A DNA stretch of 64,000 bases from a virus. The stretch is taken from positions 1-64,000 of IMG/VR virus record IMGVR_UViG_3300047557_002769. One strand, 5' to 3'. Shown here one piece after another: positions 40,957-49,417 of this stretch. The notes beneath the pieces are model-generated. The model made no database searches, was not told the DNA's origin, and saw nothing but the letters and a program-made list of their open reading frames with translations. Each line of letters starts with the position of its first letter. The first letter of the stretch is position 1. The position numbers were made by a program, and so were the translations under genes.

Positions 40957-41652
40957 ATGGCTTTACCAAAACTAAATACACCAGTTTTTGAATTGAGTTT
41001 ACCTTCTACTAATCAAAAAATAAAGTATAGACCTTTTCTTGTTAAAGAGCATAAGACCTTGCTTGCAATGCAAAACGCAGATGATAATGAAGTTGCAAGA
41101 TTAGTAAGAGAGCTGGTCGATGTGTGTACGTACAATACTTTGGATATTGTTAAGCTACCTCACTTCGATGTAGAGTATATTTTTATGAATCTGCGTTCTA
41201 AGTCGATTGGAGAAAAGGTTGAGGTAATTGTTAACTGCCCATGTGGTAACAAAATTGACGCTTCATTTAATATTGACGAACTTAAAGTTGTAAAAAACTC
41301 AGAACATACTAACAAGATTATGCTGACAGATGATTTAGGCGTAGAGATGAGTTACCCTAATTTCGATACTGCATTAGGTATATTTAACTCCAACGATACC
41401 TCAAAAGCGGTTGATATGGTTGTTGATTGTGTGAAAGGTATCTTTAGTAAGGATGAATACTGGGATGCAAAGGAACAAACTAAAGATGAGCTTGAAGAAT
41501 TTGTTTTTAGTTTAACCAAACAGCAGTTTGAAAAGCTAGAGCAGTTCTTTGTTACGGCTCCTAAAGTTGTACAAGAAGTAAAAGCATACTGCGATCAATG
41601 CGGATTACATAACGAAACGAAGATAGAAGGATTAAGTAATTTTTTCGTATAA
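40957..41652 (+). CDS. gp26: Baseplate hub subunit gp26
   Basis: MALPK...YRPFLVKE.K.L, FDVEYIF..LRSKSIGE, CxxC near the end, ends GLSNFFV. Confidence 0.9.
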   Translation: MALPKLNTPVFELSLPSTNQKIKYRPFLVKEHKTLLAMQNADDNEVARLVRELVDVCTYNTLDIVKLPHFDVEYIFMNLRSKSIGEKVEVIVNCPCGNKIDASFNIDELKVVKNSEHTNKIMLTDDLGVEMSYPNFDTALGIFNSNDTSKAVDMVVDCVKGIFSKDEYWDAKEQTKDELEEFVFSLTKQQFEKLEQFFVTAPKVVQEVKAYCDQCGLHNETKIEGLSNFFV

Positions 41653-41702
41653 CCCTTTCCCAGGATAGTTTATCTAATTATTTTATTTTAAATTTTAATT
41701 TA

Positions 41703-41846
41703 ATGCAGCATCACAGTTATAGATTAACTGAATTAGAAGATATGATGCCTTGGGAGAGGGAGATTTACGTAGGGTTACTAGTTGATTATATCAAGCAAGA
41801 AAATGAAAAACTTAGAATGATTCAACAAAACAAAAAGTTTAGCTAG
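41703..41846 (+). CDS. gp51-like hub assembly protein (possibly expressed by -1 frameshift; frame open from 41640)
   Basis: Manual translation MQHHSYRLTELEDMMPWEREIYVGLLVDYIKQENEK...; MPWEREIY motif. Confidence 0.8.
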   Translation: MQHHSYRLTELEDMMPWEREIYVGLLVDYIKQENEKLRMIQQNKKFS

Positions 41847-41851
41847 CCATT

Positions 41852-44548
41852 ATGAAAAAGAACGACAGCTTTGGTAGATTACTAGAAGAATTAAAAAAAC
41901 AGAATGAAAGAAGCTTTCTGCTTCAAGCTATTCAGACTAAAGCTGAACGTGAAATCGCAGGTGAAGACAATGATAAGAGAGAAGAGCAGCTGCAGTCGGT
42001 AGCGGATTCTTTGGAAAAGATTTATAAAGCAGTATCACCTGATAGTGTAGTTTTAGGTATAAACAAGCTCGTTGATCTGAATTCCAACACTAATGAACTT
42101 CTTACCAAATCACTATCAGAGCTTTCCTTAATTAGAAAGATAAATGAAGGTTCGCTTGAATATGATAAGAATAGTGCTCAGTATAGAAACACCAGCGGGC
42201 GAGAATTAACTAGTAAAGTTTCTGGTAAACCTGTAAAGCCTGGTGGGTATGTAGATTTTGAAACAGCCTCTGATCGCTTATCAGGTCAGGCTAAACGGGT
42301 TCAATCAAATCCAGACAACCAGCTCAAGCTTAAAACCATTGAGCGCATTTTTACCCAAGCATCCCCTTCTAATACTAAACAACCAGTTACAGGGGGTGAG
42401 GTACTTAAAACAAAACTTAGTATACCCACATTAAAACAAAGCGATAAGACCTTTACTGAAAAGCTTAAAGAAGAAGTAGCAGCTACTAAGAGTATTTTTA
42501 GTTCTGCAGGTAAGGGTATATCTACTGCATTTAGTGTTGGTAAAGGGTTGCTTACATCTCCAAAAGAAACCTTTGGTAAAGGGGTTGAGAAGGTAAAGGC
42601 AGCAGGTTCCTCTGTTAAAGATATAATCACCACTAAATCTGATTACTCTGCTGAACAAGGTAGGTTTAAGCAACGAGCAGAAGAATTAGGTATAAAAGAC
42701 GGTGATAAACTATTTAATGATATTCTAGCGCGTAAAGAAAAAAGCGCTGCCGTAGAAAAGCAAAAGCCTATAGATGATTTATTAAAAAATAAAACTAAAG
42801 AAAAAGTTACTGAGCCTGCAGTAACACCTGTAAGTGATAAGAACGAAGAAAATGATAATTTTACTTCAGCACAAGAAGTTATAGCTGATAAAGCTAAAGA
42901 AAGCACAGATCTTACAAAAGAGATTCTTGATGTACAAAAAGAACAGTTAAAAGAATTAAAGATTATTAGTGGCTCTTTTGTATCAAAAACACCTTCAGAA
43001 CTTCCAGAGCAAAAAGTATCTACAGTATCGAAAAAAGAAGAACCAAGCGGGGATGAAGGCGGGGGTTTCAGTCCGTTAGATTTACTACCTGGCAAGGGGG
43101 CTTTAAAAGCATTAGGCCGCGGTGCCAGAGCAGTAGGTAGGGGTGCGCTTTCTGCAGGTAAAGGCTTACTTAAGTTTACAGGTTCAAGAGCGGGTATGAT
43201 TGCCGGCGGCGCGTTAGCTATTGGTGCTGGTGCATATACAGCCTATAAAGGTTATACCGGTGCAAGCGAAGAAGAAAAAGCCGGTCTAGAAGAAATAGAT
43301 GCTAAAGTAAAAGCAGGCGAATTAACCCCTGAAGAAGCGGAAGCACAAAAGAAGCAGCTGGGTGAAGCCACTGTTGAGAAAAAAGGCGGTGCTATCGGCG
43401 AAGGCGGCGGCATGGCTGCCGGAGCTATTGGTGGTATGAAAGCTGGTGCTGCAATTGGTACAATGTTAGGAGGACCAATAGGTACTGGCATAGGTGCGCT
43501 GGCAGGTGGAGCGCTAGGAGCATTTGCTGGCTCTAAAGCTGGTAAAGTCGTAGGTGAATATGGTGGTAAAGCTGTAAATGCTACCAAAAATTTCTTCGGA
43601 GGCGTAGGTGATAAGATTAAAGGTGCTTTTGGTGAGGTAGAGGATTCCTATAACCGTGGTACCGCAGGCACTGAAGCATTTCAAAATAAAGAAGAAGAAA
43701 TTGCACGTCGACAGCAAGCTGAAGGTGTTGAGTTTGGTTCTGAACGAGCTAATCAAATACGTAAAGAAGTTACCGCTGAAATATCAGCCGCTGACCCCAC
43801 AGCTAATCGTTTGGCTGATAGAGCCGTATCTGTAAATAAGCAAAGCACCAGTTCTGAAAAATCCCAGGGGGGTATGGTAACTAGCACATCTGCTTTTAAT
43901 AAAGGCATTACAGCAAATAAAACTTTATTTGGGAGTGAATTTCTTGGTAGTTTAGTAAGTAAAAAAGGTCTAGAGACCGGATCATTTTTAGGTATGGGTG
44001 AAAAGAGTAGATCTGTTGACTCTTCAACTGACTCAATGATGTCTTCTGATGACAATAGAACCACGACTTCTTCTAACTTACTTGGTAAAAGAGTATCCGG
44101 TGGGTTGTTTGGTAAAGACAAGTTCACTATTTCTGATAGCTCAGGTGAAGAAACTAGTGTGAGTAAGAGTCAGTATAATAAAATTCAGGCTCTTATTAAA
44201 GATAACAAGATGGAAGAAGCTCAAAAAGAGCTTAATACAATACGTGAAAACTCTAAGAAACTAGCCGGCGCTGAGGCTCTAATATCACCAGAAGAAAGTC
44301 TCACTCCCATAAGCGTAGTTCCGAGCTCTCGTACCAGTAGGGGTACTGATTTGATGCAGGCGTCAATCGAAAATAAGGATCTAAATAGAGAAGCTTCTAC
44401 TCAAAGCGCAAGCGTACAACCTATTGTATCTAATAACGTCAGCAATAACAATAAGACTGTTTATAACGCACCTAAACCATCTCCAAGAAACTCTGAATAT
44501 GATGGCAGTCCATTACGGGATTATCAGAGAAGAGCAATGGTATTCTAA
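41852..44548 (+). CDS. Putative tape measure / gp29-like protein
   Basis: 898 aa, helical, glycine-zipper segments; follows gp26/gp51. Confidence 0.65.
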   Translation: MKKNDSFGRLLEELKKQNERSFLLQAIQTKAEREIAGEDNDKREEQLQSVADSLEKIYKAVSPDSVVLGINKLVDLNSNTNELLTKSLSELSLIRKINEGSLEYDKNSAQYRNTSGRELTSKVSGKPVKPGGYVDFETASDRLSGQAKRVQSNPDNQLKLKTIERIFTQASPSNTKQPVTGGEVLKTKLSIPTLKQSDKTFTEKLKEEVAATKSIFSSAGKGISTAFSVGKGLLTSPKETFGKGVEKVKAAGSSVKDIITTKSDYSAEQGRFKQRAEELGIKDGDKLFNDILARKEKSAAVEKQKPIDDLLKNKTKEKVTEPAVTPVSDKNEENDNFTSAQEVIADKAKESTDLTKEILDVQKEQLKELKIISGSFVSKTPSELPEQKVSTVSKKEEPSGDEGGGFSPLDLLPGKGALKALGRGARAVGRGALSAGKGLLKFTGSRAGMIAGGALAIGAGAYTAYKGYTGASEEEKAGLEEIDAKVKAGELTPEEAEAQKKQLGEATVEKKGGAIGEGGGMAAGAIGGMKAGAAIGTMLGGPIGTGIGALAGGALGAFAGSKAGKVVGEYGGKAVNATKNFFGGVGDKIKGAFGEVEDSYNRGTAGTEAFQNKEEEIARRQQAEGVEFGSERANQIRKEVTAEISAADPTANRLADRAVSVNKQSTSSEKSQGGMVTSTSAFNKGITANKTLFGSEFLGSLVSKKGLETGSFLGMGEKSRSVDSSTDSMMSSDDNRTTTSSNLLGKRVSGGLFGKDKFTISDSSGEETSVSKSQYNKIQALIKDNKMEEAQKELNTIRENSKKLAGAEALISPEESLTPISVVPSSRTSRGTDLMQASIENKDLNREASTQSASVQPIVSNNVSNNNKTVYNAPKPSPRNSEYDGSPLRDYQRRAMVF

Positions 44549-44552
44549 AAAG

Positions 44553-44576
44553 AAAAGGGCCCTAGGGCCCTTTTTT
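44553..44576. terminator. Bidirectional intrinsic terminator
   Basis: Palindrome AAAAGGGCCCTAGGGCCCTTTT between convergent genes. Confidence 0.88.
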
Positions 44577-44592
44577 ATTGCTGTGCTAGAAA

Positions 44593-44757
44593 TTACTTCT
44601 TAGCAGGTTCAGCTTTCTTTTCTTCTTTCTTAGCAGCAGGCTTTGCTTCTTCCTTCTTAGCAGGAGCAGCTGCGGGAGCAGGCGCAGGCGCAGGGGTGGT
44701 AGCAGCGAAAGCAGCCGTAGCGAAAAGAGTTGCGAAAATGGTAGTAATAGTTTTCAT
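44593..44757 (-). CDS. Small secreted Pro/Ala/Lys-rich protein (54 aa)
   Basis: MKTITTIFATLFATAAFAA-TTPAPAPAPAAAPAKKEEAKPAAKK...; AGGAG RBS; not in the ORF track. Confidence 0.85.
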   Translation of the reverse strand: MKTITTIFATLFATAAFAATTPAPAPAPAAAPAKKEEAKPAAKKEEKKAEPAKK

Positions 44758-44858
44758 AAAGTTCTCCTAATTAATTAAAAATACAATTAGTTCGCCATCG
44801 TTCCAGGGCCTAAGTTACTAAGGTAACGAGTACCCTGGATTAGACTAGGACTACCTAA

Positions 44859-45779
44859 TTAGTCATCATTGGCCAACTTAGCAAAGTAGGACAAGGATTC
44901 TTCGTCATCGTCAAGATCAGTTTCTTGACGTTTTGCAGCAGGCTTAGCAGCTGCTGGTTTAGCAGAAGCAGCAAATCGCTTATCTTCATCTTCATCCAGA
45001 CTCACTGCATCAGCACGAGGCGCGGTTGAACCTTTCGCTGAAAGAACCATTTCTAGCTTAGCTTTGAGTTCTTCGTACGACTTAAAGTTCTTAGGATCCA
45101 GAAACTCTTGTAGCGAGTGTTGCTTACCCCAGATCTCTTCCAGCTTATCATCGTCGTTAGACAATGCAGAAGGAGCTTCAAACTCAGACTTATCGTAGTT
45201 ACGATAACCTTCAACATTACGAATCTTCAGCTTGAAGTTAGCACCCTTCCAGAAGTCGAAAGGGTTAACAGGATCTTCGTCCTCAAACTGAGGCTGCATA
45301 ACGTCTTTGATCTTATCGAAGATCTTCTTTCCGAACTTATACAGGAAGACCTGACCTTCATTCTCAGGATGAGCAGGATCTTTAACGACGTAGATATTAG
45401 CCGTGTATGTCAGACGGCGCTTTTGCTTGCGAACGATTTCTTTATTCGCTTCAACCCCGGTATTCCAAAGCTCAGTATTGAGTTCAGAAACAGGATCGGC
45501 TTTCCCTAGAGTGGTAAGAGAATTCTCGATATACCACTTGCCTGTAGGTCCTTGGAATCCATGATCCCAAATACGAACCCAAGGAAGGTCTTCACCTTTA
45601 GGAGGAGGGAGGAATCGGATGACTGCGTAACCGTTACCGGCTTTATCTACTTCTGGCTTCCAGAAGCGATCATCCTTAGAAGATTCTTGTTCTTGCGGCT
45701 TAGAAATCTTTTCGACTTCCTTCATAAGGTTATCGAAAGAACCGCGGCTCTTCTTAAGAGCAGAAAAATCGAATGCCAT
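44859..45779 (-). CDS. gp32: Single-stranded DNA-binding protein gp32
   Basis: DDRFWK..DKAGNGYAVIRFLP, WYIENSLTTLG, GKKIFDKI, FDFWKGANFKLKI. Confidence 0.97.
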   Translation of the reverse strand: MAFDFSALKKSRGSFDNLMKEVEKISKPQEQESSKDDRFWKPEVDKAGNGYAVIRFLPPPKGEDLPWVRIWDHGFQGPTGKWYIENSLTTLGKADPVSELNTELWNTGVEANKEIVRKQKRRLTYTANIYVVKDPAHPENEGQVFLYKFGKKIFDKIKDVMQPQFEDEDPVNPFDFWKGANFKLKIRNVEGYRNYDKSEFEAPSALSNDDDKLEEIWGKQHSLQEFLDPKNFKSYEELKAKLEMVLSAKGSTAPRADAVSLDEDEDKRFAASAKPAAAKPAAKRQETDLDDDEESLSYFAKLANDD

Positions 45780-45823
45780 ATTAATTCTCCGTATGTGCGT
45801 TGTATGAAAGTTTAAGCGTTGTA

Positions 45824-46018
45824 TTATCGACGTTTATCATAACTAAAGTTACCAACATAATTATGACTCATGTCGTCCTCATCGCTATCAGAATACTCTT
45901 CTTCGTACTCTGATAACATATTATATAGGCTTTTGCGATGTTTGCCAGACTTATCGGTACCTTTTTCGACTCTTTTTAATTTTTTATCCTGGTCCCATTC
46001 TGTATTGTTACGTTTCAT
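45824..46018 (-). CDS. Hypothetical protein
   Basis: 64-aa ORF, basic then acidic, in operon context. Confidence 0.65.
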   Translation of the reverse strand: MKRNNTEWDQDKKLKRVEKGTDKSGKHRKSLYNMLSEYEEEYSDSDEDDMSHNYVGNFSYDKRR

Positions 46019-46026
46019 TTTCTAAG

Positions 46027-46143
46027 TTACTTACCTCTGAAAATATTTTTTACCTTTTCCTTTAGCATTACCGCCCAATTAGGTTGCGGAATATGCCACC
46101 CAATAAATGCACCGACCAAAATCCAGAATAATGTTTCGAGCAT
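46027..46143 (-). CDS. Small membrane protein (38 aa)
   Basis: MLETLFWILVGAFIGWHIPQPNWAVMLKEKVKNIFRGK; fills the gap exactly. Confidence 0.75.
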   Translation of the reverse strand: MLETLFWILVGAFIGWHIPQPNWAVMLKEKVKNIFRGK

Positions 46144-46144
46144 T

Positions 46145-46366
46145 TTATTCCCCTTCGTCCTTATAAGGCACTGCAATGTACGGCCATTGAGAGACACGTT
46201 TTGTTATTTCAGACTGATTCTTAGCAAGTTTCATGATGAAGTACTGCGTCTGTTTAATTTCTTCAGCTAGCGTAGTAAGATTATCTTGAATAATACTTAT
46301 GTTTTTCTCAATTTCCGTAATTCTATTTTTCGTCAAGTCCAGTTGCTCGTCGTAATATTCTGCCAT
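46145..46366 (-). CDS. Small coiled-coil protein
   Basis: 73-aa ORF in operon context. Confidence 0.65.
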   Translation of the reverse strand: MAEYYDEQLDLTKNRITEIEKNISIIQDNLTTLAEEIKQTQYFIMKLAKNQSEITKRVSQWPYIAVPYKDEGE

Positions 46367-46934
46367 ATTTTTCTTTAGAGAAAGTAAGAAAAGGTTCGTA
46401 TTTTTTAATAATACGAGATAAATCAGGCCAGACTAAATCACCAGTAAGAGAGTTATCTAGGTCTGGGACAAAGTTGAGTAACTTATTGAGTATGACCAGA
46501 GTCTCAATAGACACATCACCTCTCAGGTACATCTTGATTATATATGGATGCTGAGAGTTTACGGTATGCAGCGCATCGCTGAAGTCGATATCTTTTTTAA
46601 GGCAGAATGTATTAACTCTACTAACTTCTTTTTCGAACGTATAGCTCATTGACTCAATACGTTTCTTCCAGGATAGATATCTTTCTTTAGCTTCGGTATC
46701 AAAAACACCACCCCATCTATCTCCAGACGTAAAGTTAGCAACCAGAAAGTCAACAATTTCTTTTTCTGAGTAAGACTCAGCTACCTTTTTAATTGCGAAA
46801 AGATCTGTCCGTTTATGAAAGGCCTGCCGCGAGGCTTTAACTCTTCCCTGTTGTTTAATAACGTCGTATTTTTCAGTTGTAAAATGAAGTCTCAAAGCGA
46901 GGTAGTAACGATATACCTCGAACGCATAATCCAT
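46323..46934 (-). CDS. gp59: Helicase loader gp59
   Basis: Y..YLALRLHF...YD, FLVANF, SIETLVIL, KY.PFL; likely start at 46934. Confidence 0.9.
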   Translation of the reverse strand: MDYAFEVYRYYLALRLHFTTEKYDVIKQQGRVKASRQAFHKRTDLFAIKKVAESYSEKEIVDFLVANFTSGDRWGGVFDTEAKERYLSWKKRIESMSYTFEKEVSRVNTFCLKKDIDFSDALHTVNSQHPYIIKMYLRGDVSIETLVILNKLLNFVPDLDNSLTGDLVWPDLSRIIKKYEPFLTFSKEKYGRILRRATGLDEK

Positions 46935-46970
46935 ATCATTATCCTTTGGTGTTTTGTCCATACAAAACAA

Positions 46971-47240
46971 TTAAAACGGTAGATGTCCTCTCGGCTTCAT
47001 CAAGTTAGCTTGTTCAGCTTCTACTTGAATTTTCTCTTTAAGTTTACTGTTTACAAGCGAACCGATTGCCTCGATATCAATATCAACCTCGTTACAATAG
47101 TTGATAATAGCCTCCATGTAGCTTATTTTGTACTTTACGACCATTTCGTCAATAAAGATAGAAAATTCATTGGGTGACCGAAAGCGCTTGGTAATAACAA
47201 ACGTATCGGTAAGAGTTCTAACATCAGTTTCGTCAATCAT
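46971..47240 (-). CDS. gp33: Late transcription coactivator gp33
   Basis: SYMEAII.YC....D, LKEKIQVEA...N; adjacent to gp59. Confidence 0.88.
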   Translation of the reverse strand: MIDETDVRTLTDTFVITKRFRSPNEFSIFIDEMVVKYKISYMEAIINYCNEVDIDIEAIGSLVNSKLKEKIQVEAEQANLMKPRGHLPF

Positions 47241-47557
47241 AGAAAGAAGATAAGTCCTAGTAGTACTGCCTGAATGGCAAATCCCACACCAATAGTAACT
47301 ACCATCAGCATGTCTTTAAGTATAGTCGATCTAATGAAGTAAAGCAATAGACCGGCCCATAAGAGTAGCGTCATATCTAGGGAAGGTAACTTATCCGACA
47401 AACCAGCTTTAACTGCAAGAAGGCTAGGGATAGTTGCACAGTTCATTACAATAATGGACAGCCAGGCAAATGTATCGGCTGTACCTTGAGATAGACCAGA
47501 AAGAGAGTTACTGGCCGACTGTTTTACAGAATTAAGAACTTCAGTAAATTTAATCAA
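47237..47557 (-). CDS. Small multi-pass membrane protein
   Basis: About three hydrophobic segments in 106 aa. Confidence 0.7.
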   Translation of the reverse strand: MIKFTEVLNSVKQSASNSLSGLSQGTADTFAWLSIIVMNCATIPSLLAVKAGLSDKLPSLDMTLLLWAGLLLYFIRSTILKDMLMVVTIGVGFAIQAVLLGLIFFL

Positions 47558-48090
47558 GATTTTTCTCCATAAAAAATATGACGACCAATTTTAGTAATAC
47601 GAGGTAGATTCCAGTTAGGGTTTACATAGTCGGCGTGGTAATACATTGCACCATGTAATGAGGGAAGTCTGAAGTTCTCCAGTAGTACCTTCTTTGCTAC
47701 TTCTTCCGATTCAATAAACTCTTTAGAACGTTTTGCTACCTTAGGACCTGGTTCGCAATACCAGGAAAATTGACAGATGACTCTATCGTAAATTTTTGTC
47801 TTTTGAAATACTACATCACAAATATCATCTGGAAATTTACCTGAGTTAGCACGATTAATAGTAACCTGCGCAACTGCTACTTTACCTTCAAATGGCTCTG
47901 TTGCAGCTTCGTAGTAGATGTTTTTAGAAAGACATCCAAGTTGCTTTTCTCTCTCAGCCATAGTAATATATTTTTGATTGTATTCTACGGTTTTAAGATT
48001 TTCAATCTTAAAATGTGTAATGTAATATACCCCATAGCCAATAGCAATCATGGACAATAGACGTACTATCCAAGTGATTAACTTAGACAT
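47554..48090 (-). CDS. Cell wall hydrolase, SleB/Hydrolase_2 family, with N-terminal TM
   Basis: CLSKNIYYEA..E...GKVAVAQVTINR, CQFSW, YYHADYVNPNW, IGRHIFY. Confidence 0.92.
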   Translation of the reverse strand: MSKLITWIVRLLSMIAIGYGVYYITHFKIENLKTVEYNQKYITMAEREKQLGCLSKNIYYEAATEPFEGKVAVAQVTINRANSGKFPDDICDVVFQKTKIYDRVICQFSWYCEPGPKVAKRSKEFIESEEVAKKVLLENFRLPSLHGAMYYHADYVNPNWNLPRITKIGRHIFYGEKS

Positions 48091-48113
48091 TTGATCTCCT
48101 TTAAAAGGCTAAA

Positions 48114-48458
48114 TTAGCCGTTGTAGACTTTGGCTAATCCTTCAGCCACTAAAAGTTCGCTAACAGATGGCTTATCTGGGCTCAGATAGATATCTGCTAG
48201 CCAACGACCGTACTTATCTGTCTTATGAGACTTAAGTAACACAGGCTTGTTTAATACAAGCTCGGTCAAACGCTGCTTTGCAGCCCTTGCGGATTCTCTT
48301 AGTTGAACGTTAGGGTCATTCATCTCTTCCGTATCAATGCCCTTAAGACGGAAACGTACGTTAACAGAAACAGTAAAGCCAAGCTGCACTGTTGCATCAA
48401 CGGTATCACCGTCTACTACGTTTGTGACTGTTGCGTTGTAGATGTATTGTTGTTTCAT
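48114..48458 (-). CDS. Thermonuclease (SNase-like)
   Basis: VVDGDT, RL.GIDT.E, DKYGRWLA, GLA..Y. Confidence 0.9.
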   Translation of the reverse strand: MKQQYIYNATVTNVVDGDTVDATVQLGFTVSVNVRFRLKGIDTEEMNDPNVQLRESARAAKQRLTELVLNKPVLLKSHKTDKYGRWLADIYLSPDKPSVSELLVAEGLAKVYNG

Positions 48459-48465
48459 AATAGTT

Positions 48466-48775
48466 AGCGCTGGTTGATTCTGTTTCCAAGTTCAACCAGC
48501 AAAACTCAGATGGCTTAAGCAGCCATCAAGAATTGCTCATCGTTTGCAATTACTCTTTTTGCTTCTACGGCCGGGAATTCCCAACCCTAACGGCTTTCGC
48601 ATTGCCGGATCGTCCATCTTACTACTCTTTACCCTGTCGAAACCAGTGCATCCCCATCAAAAGCACATCTAATTCCTCACCTTGTGGCGTCTCATATTTC
48701 GGAGCCGAGCCTGATATGCTTTTGGTGGAGATGGCGGGAGTCGAACCCGCGTCCAGAACACTTTTCGTTTAACTT
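48466..48775 (-). ncRNA. ssrA: Circularly permuted (two-piece) tmRNA
   Basis: T-arm GCGGGTTCGACTCCCGC plus CATCTCCACCA (CCA end at 48723) precedes 5' GGGGATG (48655); G3:U acceptor pair; tag ORF 48547-48515 ANDEQFLMAA*; outer boundaries approximate. Confidence 0.93.
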
Positions 48776-48782
48776 CATACGA

Positions 48783-49364
48783 TCATACAGTCAGAAGTAA
48801 GTAACCTTCTTGATTATAGAACTTACTGACCTGGTAATTATATTTATCTAAGAAGGATAAATCAAGCCCAAAACGGTTACGTTCCGCCCAATTACCACCT
48901 TCAAATGGACCATCTTCGTAAATTCTCAAATCGTCACAAATAATGACGTCCTTTTTACCTGATCGATGTTTACTAATGATCTCGATCTCTTCCTCGAGTG
49001 GAAAATTAAGATCTGAATCCATGATTACGTTTCCGTTATTCTTATCATGTTCCGGTAGATGTGCATCTAGATAGAACACGATTGATTCTTCATCGCTAAG
49101 AATAGGTAGTAATACGTTAAGATAATCTATAGAATTATTATGATAGATAGTAACTTTTGACGAATCAAACTTACTTCTACAAAGATTAACCATCTCAATA
49201 TCAACATCACAGCTGAATAAATGATTGAAATCGAATTCAGCTAAAGCATAGCTCAACGAATTACCTCTAAAGCAACCGGTTTCTACAAACATCGTTGAAC
49301 CATTAAGCTTTTTAAGGTACTTTATCTTTTCACAACGTTCATTAAAGTTAATCAATGATCCCAT
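48783..49364 (-). CDS. Methyltransferase-fold protein
   Basis: FVETGCFRG, SCDVD, FYLDAH, ICDD. Confidence 0.65.
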   Translation of the reverse strand: MGSLINFNERCEKIKYLKKLNGSTMFVETGCFRGNSLSYALAEFDFNHLFSCDVDIEMVNLCRSKFDSSKVTIYHNNSIDYLNVLLPILSDEESIVFYLDAHLPEHDKNNGNVIMDSDLNFPLEEEIEIISKHRSGKKDVIICDDLRIYEDGPFEGGNWAERNRFGLDLSFLDKYNYQVSKFYNQEGYLLLTV

Positions 49365-49385
49365 TTCTCATCCCTCCACATATGC

Positions 49386-49414
49386 ATTTTACAGTCAAGG
49401 CAATATAAAATCAA
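49386..49414 (-). promoter_or_regulatory. Sigma70-like promoter
   Basis: TTGATT-N17-TAAAAT upstream of a GGAGG RBS. Confidence 0.6.
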
Positions 49415-49417
49415 TGG

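Noticed and set aside
44785-44860. Twister ribozyme or known riboswitch
   Set aside because: UAA/GAG-like elements are present but the required P4 and pseudoknot elements are not; kept only as an unassigned structure
48723-48760. tRNA gene or attP-like tRNA fragment
   Set aside because: No anticodon arm; the matching 5' acceptor strand and tag ORF lie downstream, identifying a permuted tmRNA
48533-48772. 79-aa plus-strand ORF
   Set aside because: It is the antisense of the tmRNA; VEMAGVEPAS is the typical reverse translation of a T-arm
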